DNA of 64,000 bases. Origin: Halobacteriovoraceae bacterium. GTDB taxonomy: Bacteria > Bdellovibrionota > Bacteriovoracia > Bacteriovoracales > Bacteriovoracaceae. A model generated the notes under the pieces. The model did no database searches. It saw only the letters and a list, made by a program, of their open reading frames with translations, and was not told the DNA's origin. A program made the position numbers and the translations under genes. Each line of letters starts with the position of its first letter. Position 1 is the first letter of the stretch. The stretch is from positions 32,001 to 96,000 of the forward strand of contig CAVRCF010000004.1 in the NCBI GenBank assembly GCA_963719505.1, given 5' to 3'. Of the stretch, positions 9,755 to 19,337 are shown one piece after another.

Positions 9755-10333
9755 ATGAATTTCGACAGTTGGATTGAGAAGTTTTTTACTGGAGCCAGCG
9801 TTGCTTCGAGTAAACTAAAGAAGGCTTATCAAGCTCTAAGTCGAGAAAACTCAGCTCTTTACGCAATAAGTGCAGATCCGCCGACATGGGGACATGCGGA
9901 TATTATGATGCGCGCCTCAAAAAAGTTCTCTCGGGTCGTTTGGGCCATTGCTCAAAATCCAGAAAAAAACTACCTGTTCTCGATTGAAGAAAAAAAGAAA
10001 ATGATGCAGATCTATATTGATCATTATAAGCTAGAAAATGTTGAGATCAAAGTTGTCTCTGGTAGTACCGCTAGGTTTGCAAAAGATGAAAGTATAAGTT
10101 TCCTTATCAGAGGGCTGAGAAGCAGTTCTGATTATCAGATGGAGTTCGAGCTCTCTGTCGGTAATAGAGGTATTGCAAAGAAGATTGAGACCATCTGTAT
10201 GTTCTCCAAGCCACACTACGCCACAATTTCATCGTCGATTGTTAGACAAATAGCACTTTTAGACGAAGAAATATCCCAGTATGTTCATTCTAAGGTCGCA
10301 AAGATAATCAAAGATAAGGTGAAAACTCTTTAA
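9755..10333 (+). CDS. coaD: Pantetheine-phosphate adenylyltransferase-like
   Basis: DPPTWGH, NPEK..LFS, IRGLRSSSDYQME, ISSSIVRQIA; has an N-terminal extension. Confidence 0.85.
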   Translation: MNFDSWIEKFFTGASVASSKLKKAYQALSRENSALYAISADPPTWGHADIMMRASKKFSRVVWAIAQNPEKNYLFSIEEKKKMMQIYIDHYKLENVEIKVVSGSTARFAKDESISFLIRGLRSSSDYQMEFELSVGNRGIAKKIETICMFSKPHYATISSSIVRQIALLDEEISQYVHSKVAKIIKDKVKTL

Positions 10334-10380
10334 TGAAATTGAAGCGCTGTGGAAACATAAGTGGTATTGTCTTCTATTAA

Positions 10381-11406
10381 ATGGAGAATAATATGAAACA
10401 AGAAATATTTGATTTTAATATTGAAGACTACGAAGTTGGCAGACAGTATCAGGAGTTTGTTACTTTTCCCACTTTTTTTGGCGTGAGTCGGCAAGAGGTT
10501 CCATTCTATGTACATAGGGCGACAGAAGAGATTTCACCCTGCCTGGTAGTCACAGCATGTATTCATGGTGATGAAATAAATTCTTTGAGAATTGCTCAAA
10601 AATTAATGCAAAGTAAATTGAAAATTACGAAGGGTACTTTGATCATTATCCCTTTATTAAATATATATGGGTTTTATAACAAGTCGAGATACCTTCCAGA
10701 TAGAAAAGACCTTAATAGGTTTTTCCCAGGAAACCAGAATGGAAGTTTTGGATCAAAATTTGCCGATTTTTGCTTCAAAAATATATCAAGGTACGGCGAT
10801 ATTTATATCGATCTCCATTCCGGGGGAGTCGGAAGATTTAATATTCCTCAGATTAGAATTGATATGAAAGACAAAAGATTGAAAAAGCTTCTTCCCAACC
10901 TTAGTATTCCAGTCGCTGTCAATAGTAATCCCGGTCAGGGATCGCTTAGGGCGGCACTCAAGGCGATTGATAAACCTTGTATTGTTTTTGAAGGCGGCGA
11001 GGGATTGAGACTAAATACATCGATAACAAATTACGGGGTTAATTTAGTCAAGAGTGTCTTAGTCGAATATAAAATGTTGAGACCAAAAAAGAAGTTAAAA
11101 AAAGAAACTCTAAGGCTTATGAAAACGAGTTGGATGAGAACTGAACGCGGTGGACTTATGGTCAATAAGGTCAAGCCTGGTAAGGTTGTTCAAAAAGGTG
11201 AGGTTCTTGGAGAGGTAAGAAGAGTTACAGGTCAGCTTCTTAATAAGATTGTCGCTCCCCAAAATGCCGTTATCATCGGGATTTCTGAGTCGTCATTGCT
11301 CATGACGGGAGATCCCCTTTATCACCTAGGGTACTTTAGAGAAGAAGACTGCGATCAAGAAGATAATTTTCTTGATTTTTACGATATTGACATCGCTGAG
11401 GAATAG
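10381..11406 (+). CDS. Succinylglutamate desuccinylase/aspartoacylase-family (M14-like) protein
   Basis: IHGDEIN, DLNRFFPG, IDLHSG, VFEGG, C-terminal biotinyl-like domain. Confidence 0.9.
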   Translation: MENNMKQEIFDFNIEDYEVGRQYQEFVTFPTFFGVSRQEVPFYVHRATEEISPCLVVTACIHGDEINSLRIAQKLMQSKLKITKGTLIIIPLLNIYGFYNKSRYLPDRKDLNRFFPGNQNGSFGSKFADFCFKNISRYGDIYIDLHSGGVGRFNIPQIRIDMKDKRLKKLLPNLSIPVAVNSNPGQGSLRAALKAIDKPCIVFEGGEGLRLNTSITNYGVNLVKSVLVEYKMLRPKKKLKKETLRLMKTSWMRTERGGLMVNKVKPGKVVQKGEVLGEVRRVTGQLLNKIVAPQNAVIIGISESSLLMTGDPLYHLGYFREEDCDQEDNFLDFYDIDIAEE

Positions 11407-11408
11407 AG

Positions 11409-12251
11409 ATGGTTTTAGAATCCTGGCTTTCGCAGGGCTATAATTTAAGGCAAGTAGTACTAACACTTCTTTTGATAGTAGCAGTTGTAGTTTTTAAGTT
11501 TATCTTTAATTTTCGAGTGAGAAAAAGTAAGAAGATTACTTCTGTCGAAAAAATTAGAAAAATTAAATCTACCTCAAATTATTTAACTTTTTTCACTTTT
11601 ATACTTCTTTTCGTTCTTTGGTTCTCCCACCTTCAAACTGTCATGATCTCTTTGGTTGCTGTTGCAGCAGCTATCGTAGTAGCCACAAAAGAAGTTATCA
11701 TGACGTTCATGGGTGGTGTCTTAATAAAAATCAATAATCACTATGATGTTGGAGACAGAATAGAAGTCGATGGCATAAGAGGATTTGTAGTCGAGAGAAA
11801 TTTGACGACAACGAAGGTTCTAGAGATTGGTCCAGAGAAACATTCTCAGCAGACAACCGGTGATATTATTACAATACCGAATTCATTGGTTCTAACAAAA
11901 GCTGTTGTCAACGAGTCTTACTTTAAAAACTATTCAATTAAGTCGTTTGCATTCTCAATGCCCACGGGTGTAACTTTTGAAGAATTTGAAATTGAATTGT
12001 TGCAGTGGTCTCAAGAGATCTGTAAAGATTATTTAAAAGAAGCAAAGAAAATTATAGAAAAATTTTGTCACAAAGAAGGCCTTTTAATTCCCAATGTTGA
12101 GCCAAGGGTGAGGCTTGTGATGACAGACAAGAAAGAGCTGGAAGTCCTTCTTAAATTGCCTGCAAAAAATGAGTATATTGGAGATGTCGAGCAGAGTCTC
12201 TTTAGAAAATATGCCCATTATCTTATGACTTTAGAGAAGGCTAAAAGTTAA
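11409..12251 (+). CDS. MscS-family mechanosensitive channel
   Basis: Three TM helices, VATKE, VGDRIEVDGIRG, TIPNS. Confidence 0.85.
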   Translation: MVLESWLSQGYNLRQVVLTLLLIVAVVVFKFIFNFRVRKSKKITSVEKIRKIKSTSNYLTFFTFILLFVLWFSHLQTVMISLVAVAAAIVVATKEVIMTFMGGVLIKINNHYDVGDRIEVDGIRGFVVERNLTTTKVLEIGPEKHSQQTTGDIITIPNSLVLTKAVVNESYFKNYSIKSFAFSMPTGVTFEEFEIELLQWSQEICKDYLKEAKKIIEKFCHKEGLLIPNVEPRVRLVMTDKKELEVLLKLPAKNEYIGDVEQSLFRKYAHYLMTLEKAKS

Positions 12252-14403
12252 TCTCTTTCTGTAGCATAAGATTTTTGGATTTCTCTTCATCGTTTGGATT
12301 ATAGCTTGTTTCAATGGCCCAAGTTTCAGATAATTGTTTTCTCAAAGTTAGCGCACTAACAGTTTCCCAGTTTGTACCTATTTTAAAAGATGTATTTCCA
12401 GGTAAGCTAATGCTTGCTGTGTAAGACTTAGAACTTGGGTCATAGGCGACATACTCTATGGGAGTCGATGCAAAAGCCCAGATACTAAAAAGGCCTAATG
12501 CCCTGTCTGCTATAGCAGCTTCAGTGCCTCCGACACTTTGTCTTTGAGAGCCTGATATTGCATTTGCTTTTCTTTTAAAGATGAGTAAAGAAAGTATGTC
12601 CTCACGAGGAAGAGTAGGGTAGCTAGACAATATTAATTTTGGTTTTTCAAGTGTCCCTATTATTTTTAGATTGATCTTATAACCTGATGTGAAATAGCTG
12701 GAATTGATATTTATTTCTGTCTTTTCATTTTTCTTATTTTCTACAACAAACGAGTTTAAAAAAAGCTCTCGTTTAAGATAGGAGATTGTTACTTTCTTTG
12801 ACCCTTGAACCTTTACTGTTGTAAATTCGTTGTTAACTTGAGCGTTTAGTCCAAATGCCAAATAAGGTTTCAAAAGATAGTAGTAGATTCTTATAGACTG
12901 ACTTGATGTTGTGGTAACGCTAATATCATAGATCAGCGGGGTCTCTTTGCTTTTGGTATTAGGTCTCTGTATTTTTTTTTGTACTCTACTACTTCCAGAC
13001 AAATTTGGAATTCCACCTATAGGGTCTATTTTAGGGACGTTTACAACCACTTCATCAAGACTAAGGTTTCCTTTTAGGATTGGTTTAAGCTTATTTCGAG
13101 CTTGGAAATTCCCTTCAAAGTTTAGTTTTATGGCATTTTTCTTTTTGTCACTCAGGTCTATCTGAGCAACCAATGGAATATTATATCCATTTTTATTTAG
13201 GTCAAGCATCTTTTCTGACTTGAGATGAACTTTCCCTTCCATGGTATTGAAAGGCGCAAAAATGGCAAAGGAGGTCTCTTCTAATCTCTTTACTAATTTT
13301 TGGAACTTTTGAAAACGCAGATCCCACCTAAACTCATTGATGTTAGGGTTTAGAGAGCCTTCTACAATATCGACGGAGGCCTTTGCTTTAAAGTCGAGTT
13401 CAAAAAGCTCTTTTTGTTCACCAAAAGATTTGACACTCATCTTTATGGCCTGATCAGTCTTTTTGAAATCTATTGTATTTTTAAGATAAGAATCAACTTT
13501 CAAAGAAATTAACTTCTCGTTTGAAACAACAAGCATGATATCGGGACAAATGAAGTTGTGCTGGGGTGACTCTGTAACCTCAAAATGACAAGAGTCTAGC
13601 TTCACAACTGCTTGGGGAAGCTTTATAGCTGTTTTTTGTACTTGTAAATTAAAGTTCTCTTGAAAAGAAAGCTTTATTGTTGAGTCAATTTCGAAGTCAT
13701 CCAATGTAACTTTTGGATTTAGAGTTAATAATATATTTTCTTTAAGATGAAGGGTTATTTTACTGTTAACTTTAAAATCATCCTTTTTAACCTTTAGCAT
13801 CCCCGAGAAGGATTTATCTGATTTTTGGTCTAAATCTAATTCAACGGAAAGTATAGGGGAATTCATCCTTAAAAAAATCACATCTTTGTTGGCCAGAAAT
13901 TCTACATCAGTACCCTCGTCTATAGTGAAATTTTTTATCTTTACATTAACTTCTTGGGGGAGTCTCTTATTGATTTTGCTATAGAGGGCATAGACTTGCT
14001 GGTATAAGCTGTAAATATTGACCTGTGGAAGTTCTTCAGATTTTTTTTCAGTCTTGCCAAGCTCTCCTTTACTAATATTAATGTTCATTTTCTTGATTTC
14101 AATTTCTAGCGGTGAGAGTATGTTTATATTGAAATCTAAATCTAGGTTCTCCAGACATACTTTTGTTCTAGAGTATTCGATACATTGAGCTTTCGAAGTG
14201 AAAGTAATCTCTCTTTTGAACAATGAGCTATCTTCTATAGAGAGATCAATCTTGCTATAGTCTATGGCCAATTCTTTAACGTATTTATTAGTGATGTACT
14301 CGCTTACTTTTTTTATTGAATCGCCGCTAGTTGAAATAAAGTAGAGACCAATTGTGATGGAGACAATAATAATAGCGAATAAAAGGAGAAATATTTTTTT
14401 CAA
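12241..14403 (-). CDS. tamB: Translocation and assembly module TamB-like protein
   Basis: N-terminal anchor, beta-rich body, GTLEKPKLILSSYPTLPREDILSLLIF (DUF490-like); follows an Omp85 gene. Confidence 0.8.
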   Translation of the reverse strand: MKKIFLLLFAIIIVSITIGLYFISTSGDSIKKVSEYITNKYVKELAIDYSKIDLSIEDSSLFKREITFTSKAQCIEYSRTKVCLENLDLDFNINILSPLEIEIKKMNINISKGELGKTEKKSEELPQVNIYSLYQQVYALYSKINKRLPQEVNVKIKNFTIDEGTDVEFLANKDVIFLRMNSPILSVELDLDQKSDKSFSGMLKVKKDDFKVNSKITLHLKENILLTLNPKVTLDDFEIDSTIKLSFQENFNLQVQKTAIKLPQAVVKLDSCHFEVTESPQHNFICPDIMLVVSNEKLISLKVDSYLKNTIDFKKTDQAIKMSVKSFGEQKELFELDFKAKASVDIVEGSLNPNINEFRWDLRFQKFQKLVKRLEETSFAIFAPFNTMEGKVHLKSEKMLDLNKNGYNIPLVAQIDLSDKKKNAIKLNFEGNFQARNKLKPILKGNLSLDEVVVNVPKIDPIGGIPNLSGSSRVQKKIQRPNTKSKETPLIYDISVTTTSSQSIRIYYYLLKPYLAFGLNAQVNNEFTTVKVQGSKKVTISYLKRELFLNSFVVENKKNEKTEININSSYFTSGYKINLKIIGTLEKPKLILSSYPTLPREDILSLLIFKRKANAISGSQRQSVGGTEAAIADRALGLFSIWAFASTPIEYVAYDPSSKSYTASISLPGNTSFKIGTNWETVSALTLRKQLSETWAIETSYNPNDEEKSKNLMLQKEINF

Positions 14404-16097
14404 AATTCTCTCCCATAGCTTAAATAAAAAACATACTGTTGGTCCTCATTCTCAACTCCGTTTTGAATAAGACCATTGGCCAGAGTCGTTCTGAAACTTC
14501 CAAATGGGCTTTGCCATCTCAGTCCCACTCCAGGTGAGTAGTATAGAGTGGGCGTAAGAGATGACTGGGAGAATCCCACCTTTGCAAGGTCGATAAAAGC
14601 CAAAGGTTGTAAATTAAACGGTAGAACATGGGTGAAACGACTTTCAAACCCAAGGTACGCTGTTGTTGTATAACCTTGTTCATCGTTGTTAAGAGACTTT
14701 CTTGAGAAACCTCTAATATTATTTTCACCACCAAGGTAGAGTCTATACTTTTGAGGAGTAAGGTCTTCTTCCTCGATAAGAATAGTTTTGTAGTGATACC
14801 TCATACCTAGAATGATGTTCGGCGGGCTAAAATTTCCAAGGTTGATCAGACTTGTACCAGTCAATTCAATGAGGTTTCCATTGATCTGTTCCCCAGTGAC
14901 TGTTTCTCCAGAAAAATACGTATTCTTGAGCTTTACTTCTTTACCTCTTCTGGGGGACGCCAAGAAGTATTCAAAGTAGTGGTCCAGAATATTAAAAGAT
15001 GTCTCCAGAGCAAAGAAATTTGACTCCCCAGGAGCTTCACCCTCATCTTGGACTTCTTTCGTTCTTGTTGGCGTGACAGAAAAAATAAATTGCGAGTCAT
15101 CTAGGTCGATAGAGTTACCAGCTTCAATACCTACCGTTTGACTCCTTGTCTTGTAGAACTGTTCTGTAATAATTTCTACTCGACCAAAGGGTTTAAAATA
15201 AAGAGCTGGTATTGATTCAGACGTGAAGAAGTTTGTCCCGAATTCAATACTTTGCTCTATAGAAGAAAGATAAAGAGTTGATTCTAGTCTTGAACCCATT
15301 TTATTGAGTCGAGAATTATTCCAAGTGACCTTAAATATTGGAAGCTCCTCTGTTGAAGCACCAACACCCATTATAATCGTATTGGGCTTATTTAGAGTGA
15401 TCTTCTGGGTTAATGTCTCTGGCTGGTTACACGAGTGGTTAAAGTAGGCGTAAGAGACCAAGCCTGAATTCGTTAGCCTTCGAGAGGTTAGGGCGAGATA
15501 GTCACCATTGTACCAATCACCTTCTTCTAAAGCATCGTGCCTTTTATAACTATTGGCATTTAACGGTGATGAAAAGTCTCTCTCAATAGACTTTACCCGG
15601 TAGCGTTCACCTGGACTAATATCGACCAAAACTTTTCCAGTAAGATACGAAGCTTTAATTTCTACTTGGTTGCAAGGATATCCTAGTGTCTCTAGACGGC
15701 CTTTGGCCCAGTTCTCAATTTCATCTAGATTCTCTTCTGTTAAGTCTTCTCCGGTACTACCTTGGTAGACTTCATTACCAAACATTGGAGGTTCGTTTAA
15801 AAATTCAATTTCTTTGATTTTTGATTTCGTCCCAATATCTATGACAAATTTCTCTGCCTTTTTTTGTATTGTTGGTTGGTAATAGCCTTTTAAAGAAAGA
15901 AAGTTTTTTATCGTCGTTTTGGCCTGAGAAATAGGTATAGTATTCCATCCCTCACTCTTAGATCCGCAGATGAAGATCTTTTCGTTTTTTGTAAAACTGA
16001 CGATTTCTTCTTTAAAAAAATAGGGATCACAAATTTCCTCTAACGCAAAAGCTGAGTAGAAAGGAATAAAAATGATCAAGCTTAAAATGTATTTCAT
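14400..16097 (-). CDS. tamq: TamA/Omp85-family outer-membrane protein
   Basis: POTRA-like N-terminus, YLGGENNIRGF, GVGLRWQSPFG, C-terminal Phe; TamA-like by position upstream of tamB. Confidence 0.8.
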   Translation of the reverse strand: MKYILSLIIFIPFYSAFALEEICDPYFFKEEIVSFTKNEKIFICGSKSEGWNTIPISQAKTTIKNFLSLKGYYQPTIQKKAEKFVIDIGTKSKIKEIEFLNEPPMFGNEVYQGSTGEDLTEENLDEIENWAKGRLETLGYPCNQVEIKASYLTGKVLVDISPGERYRVKSIERDFSSPLNANSYKRHDALEEGDWYNGDYLALTSRRLTNSGLVSYAYFNHSCNQPETLTQKITLNKPNTIIMGVGASTEELPIFKVTWNNSRLNKMGSRLESTLYLSSIEQSIEFGTNFFTSESIPALYFKPFGRVEIITEQFYKTRSQTVGIEAGNSIDLDDSQFIFSVTPTRTKEVQDEGEAPGESNFFALETSFNILDHYFEYFLASPRRGKEVKLKNTYFSGETVTGEQINGNLIELTGTSLINLGNFSPPNIILGMRYHYKTILIEEEDLTPQKYRLYLGGENNIRGFSRKSLNNDEQGYTTTAYLGFESRFTHVLPFNLQPLAFIDLAKVGFSQSSLTPTLYYSPGVGLRWQSPFGSFRTTLANGLIQNGVENEDQQYVFYLSYGREF

Positions 16098-16164
16098 TCC
16101 TTAATGTCATCCTTTTTTTGTGACTATAGGACCTTACCATTAGGAAAAAAAAATGAAAAGTGAC

Positions 16165-16192
16165 CTTGACACTTAAAAGAGTGAATCCATCT
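16165..16192 (+). promoter_or_regulatory. Putative sigma32-type promoter
   Basis: CTTGAC-N14-ATCCATCT upstream of Hsp20. Confidence 0.5.
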
Positions 16193-16242
16193 TTTTTAAA
16201 GAAGGAATACAAGCCTTTTAAACAAAATAACAAGGAGAAAGT

Positions 16243-16629
16243 ATGAGAACAGCACTTTTAACACGTGACGGAGTTCAATTTAAGCCTGAATATTTTGAGA
16301 CGTCAAAAAGCTCATTCGGTGCACAAGTAAAAGAGACCGATAAAATGGTTTTGGCCTCAATAGAAATGCCTGGGGTTGATGAATCATCTTTAGACTTAAA
16401 AGTTGAGGATCAGCGTTTAATTATCAAAGGTGAGAAAATAGAGGGGATTTCTAATAGTGTATCGACTATATCTAGGAGTATCTCTCTGTCTAAAGATATT
16501 GACAGCGATAAAATCGAGGCTACATTAAAAAATGGTATTCTTTATTTAGTTTTTCCTAAAATCGTAAAACCAGAAGCAAAAAAAGTTACGCTTTCAAAAG
16601 ATATTGATCTAGAGCGACTTTTAAACTGA
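16243..16629 (+). CDS. Hsp20/alpha-crystallin small heat-shock protein
   Basis: EMPGVD, LIIKGEK, IEATLKNGILYLVFPK. Confidence 0.9.
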   Translation: MRTALLTRDGVQFKPEYFETSKSSFGAQVKETDKMVLASIEMPGVDESSLDLKVEDQRLIIKGEKIEGISNSVSTISRSISLSKDIDSDKIEATLKNGILYLVFPKIVKPEAKKVTLSKDIDLERLLN

Positions 16630-16632
16630 TAC

Positions 16633-16658
16633 AAAGGGGAGTTTCATCTCCCCTTTTT
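16633..16658. terminator. Bidirectional intrinsic terminator
   Basis: AAAGGGGAG-tttcat-CTCCCCTTTTT. Confidence 0.85.
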
Positions 16659-16666
16659 AAAACTCT

Positions 16667-17101
16667 TTAAATATTACTCATACCTTCACGGTATTGTTGC
16701 CCTTGCGACTTTTTTTGTCTTTGTGAAAAAGCTATTCCAGCAGAGACAAAAATTTCTTTTTCTTCTTCCTCCAGATGGTGCCTGACTCTTTGAGCAAGAT
16801 TTTTAGCCGTAGCAAGCCAACCTGAACTGGAGAAATCAGTCGTTTCTAATTCCTTTATGAAGTCATCAATTTCTTTATGTTCAGCGATACTATGTCTGGC
16901 TTTTAGTTGTGTGTTATCTTGTTCAAGCATAGGCTTGTAGAGAGCCCTCTCTTCATATTTTGCGTGGGCTTTGAGTTGGTCTTTTAATTCGGCAAAAATC
17001 TTTTGCCTTCCTTCACTATTTCCTTCTGTTTCAAGAAGCATATCTAGGAGCTCCCTGATGAGATCGTGATCTTCTCTTAGTTCTTCGAATATTGTTTTCA
17101 T
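16667..17101 (-). CDS. Hemerythrin/HHE cation-binding protein
   Basis: LREDH, AHAKYEE, HSIAEH, HHLEEEE. Confidence 0.88.
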   Translation of the reverse strand: MKTIFEELREDHDLIRELLDMLLETEGNSEGRQKIFAELKDQLKAHAKYEERALYKPMLEQDNTQLKARHSIAEHKEIDDFIKELETTDFSSSGWLATAKNLAQRVRHHLEEEEKEIFVSAGIAFSQRQKKSQGQQYREGMSNI

Positions 17102-17256
17102 CGACGTCCTTGTGCTATTGGTTTAGTCTTCATTGACACTCCAAGAAGAGTTACATCTATTAAACAGTATATAAAAATTTTATTCATTTTAGATCATTTT
17201 AAACTATGTGTAGTTTCGTTCAAGACTGACAGCTAAATATCTGTTATTTTGTTAAG

Positions 17257-18552
17257 ATGAATAAATTGAGAAGAAAATTAGCTTATTTATTACAAGAGAT
17301 TCGGTCAAGTTATTGGTTCTTGCCTGGTGTAATGGTTACAGTGGCATTTCTTTTGTCTTTATTTGCTATTGAACTCGATAGGAGTGCCCCCAAGGACTTT
17401 ATAGACTCTTTATCATGGGCCTTCACCGATGATCCAGAAGCAGCGAGAGTCATTTTAAGTACAATCGCAACCGCTACTATGGGAGTGGCAGGGGTGACTT
17501 TTTCAATGACCTTATTGGCAATTTCTTTTGCTGCGTCGCAAATTGGACAAAGAATACTTTCTGGCTTTATGAGAGACAAAGGAAACCAATTTACGTTAGG
17601 TGTTTTTATTTCAACATTTGTTTATTGTATTATGGTCTTGAGAACAGTCTACAGTTCTTCTTCCGGGCAACCTTTTGTTCCAAACTTATCAATTGTTCTT
17701 GCTATTGGATTTTCAATACTAAGCATCTTCGTTCTGATTTACTTTATTAACCATATTCCAACGATGATGAATATGACGAATTCTGTTAATAGGACCGGAA
17801 AGCAATTGATAAAAAGTATTGAAATTCAATTTCCAAAAAAAATGGGACAAGAAGCTGATAAAGATGAAGACTTCTTTTCAAAGTCAGGAGATCCAGTTGA
17901 GATAAGAGCAAGAGGTATGGGGTATATTGAATACATAAACTACGAAGTTCTTTTGGAGACATGTGACGAATATGATCTGCTTGTCGAGATTGTAAAAAAG
18001 CCTGGTGACTTTGTCTCGAAGGAAATAACAGTCGCGCACGTTTATTGCTCAAAAGAAATTAGTAATGAGGTAAAATTGAAAGTATCGGAAACCTTTATCG
18101 AGGGAGTCATCCGATCTTATGAGCAAGATATTCGTTTTCCTGGTAATCTTTTGCTAGAGATTGCTGCAAGAGCTTTGTCTCCCGGTATCAATGATCCCTT
18201 TACGGCAATGGACTGCATTAACCAGCTTCAAACAGGGCTTCTTTTCATGCAAAATAGAGATAAGCCAAAAAGATTTAGAAAAGGAAATGATAAAAAAATA
18301 AGAGTTGTGGCTGAGCCTTTAACCTATGAAGAGTTTTTAGAAGATACGCTCAATTCTCTAAGAGGCTTCGTCAAGCGAGACTTTATCTGCTCTAGACACT
18401 TAATGCAGCTTATTCGCCTTCTTAACGATAGTGATCAAGCTGGAAGAGATCAAATTTATAAGCAGCATTCAAAACAACTTGCTCAAAGTTTTATGGATAA
18501 TACAAAAGATGAAATGAATATTAGAGCCATAAATGACTTGAGAATTTCTTAA
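17257..18552 (+). CDS. DUF2254 membrane protein
   Basis: SYWFLP, ARVILSTIA, LGVFISTFVY, EIAARALSPGINDPFTA. Confidence 0.88.
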   Translation: MNKLRRKLAYLLQEIRSSYWFLPGVMVTVAFLLSLFAIELDRSAPKDFIDSLSWAFTDDPEAARVILSTIATATMGVAGVTFSMTLLAISFAASQIGQRILSGFMRDKGNQFTLGVFISTFVYCIMVLRTVYSSSSGQPFVPNLSIVLAIGFSILSIFVLIYFINHIPTMMNMTNSVNRTGKQLIKSIEIQFPKKMGQEADKDEDFFSKSGDPVEIRARGMGYIEYINYEVLLETCDEYDLLVEIVKKPGDFVSKEITVAHVYCSKEISNEVKLKVSETFIEGVIRSYEQDIRFPGNLLLEIAARALSPGINDPFTAMDCINQLQTGLLFMQNRDKPKRFRKGNDKKIRVVAEPLTYEEFLEDTLNSLRGFVKRDFICSRHLMQLIRLLNDSDQAGRDQIYKQHSKQLAQSFMDNTKDEMNIRAINDLRIS

Positions 18553-18558
18553 TACCTT

Positions 18559-19182
18559 TTAATTTATATCATTGATAAAGCTATTAGCTTGCTGATTGGA
18601 CTCATCAATTTGACCGATGAGAGACACAATATCTTGTTCAATATTTTTTAACTCAATTTTTATTTTTCCTATCGCTTTAGCATTTAGATTGTGCTTTAGA
18701 TAAAGGACTCTGTCGTTGAGCTTCACTAAGACCTTTGTCATCTTGGATTCAACCTTTCTTACACTCTTCAAAGCGACCTTAAATTTAGTCATTGTTATGA
18801 CTCTCTTTCTCAAAGATTCAGCTCGAAATTTGGAATTTGTAATTTTAGACGCTTCATCTTCCCACTCATCAAAGAGGTCCTCAGCAATATTTTTTGCTTT
18901 ATCTATACTTTTACTTAGATCTTCTGCATTAGAATGCAAATCATTGTAGTCATCAGATAAGTCATCATAAGTACTTTCTAGGCTGCCCTCTTTATAACTG
19001 TATTCGCTGCGTATTTTTGAGAGGGTATCTTTAAAATCTTCCTTTGTATCGGTTTGGTTGCTTGTTATCGCTTCCATCTCAGATTGTAGAAGTTCTCTTT
19101 TTTCTTGGCCCAAAAATTCCCAGAAGTTATAGTAAACAGTTGAACAACTCGTACACAATAGAAAAATCAGGAAGTATTTCAT
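18559..19182 (-). CDS. DUF2959 lipoprotein
   Basis: Lipobox-like CTSCSTVYY, LFDEWEDE, DRVLYLKHNLNAKAI. Confidence 0.85.
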   Translation of the reverse strand: MKYFLIFLLCTSCSTVYYNFWEFLGQEKRELLQSEMEAITSNQTDTKEDFKDTLSKIRSEYSYKEGSLESTYDDLSDDYNDLHSNAEDLSKSIDKAKNIAEDLFDEWEDEASKITNSKFRAESLRKRVITMTKFKVALKSVRKVESKMTKVLVKLNDRVLYLKHNLNAKAIGKIKIELKNIEQDIVSLIGQIDESNQQANSFINDIN

Positions 19183-19337
19183 CTTTTAGCAATAATCCAA
19201 ACGGCATGGATAACACCAGGAAGATAACCCAAGAGTGTGAGTAGAATATTTAACCAGAAAGCTCCACCTAAGCCCACTTGTAGAAAAACACCAAGTGGTG
19301 GTAATAAGACAGAAAATAAAATTCTAATAAAGTCCAT
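19179..19337 (-). CDS. yqaE: YqaE/Pmp3-family proteolipid (52 aa), not in ORF track
   Basis: MDFIRILFSVLLPPLGVFLQVGLGGAFWLNILLTLLGYLPGVIHAVWIIAKR; AGGAG RBS; abuts both neighbours. Confidence 0.93.
   Translation of the reverse strand: MDFIRILFSVLLPPLGVFLQVGLGGAFWLNILLTLLGYLPGVIHAVWIIAKR

Noticed and set aside
16165-16186. CIRCE-like sequence before Hsp20
   Set aside because: Arms and spacing do not fit TTAGCACTC-N9-GAGTGCTAA; a sigma32-like promoter fits better
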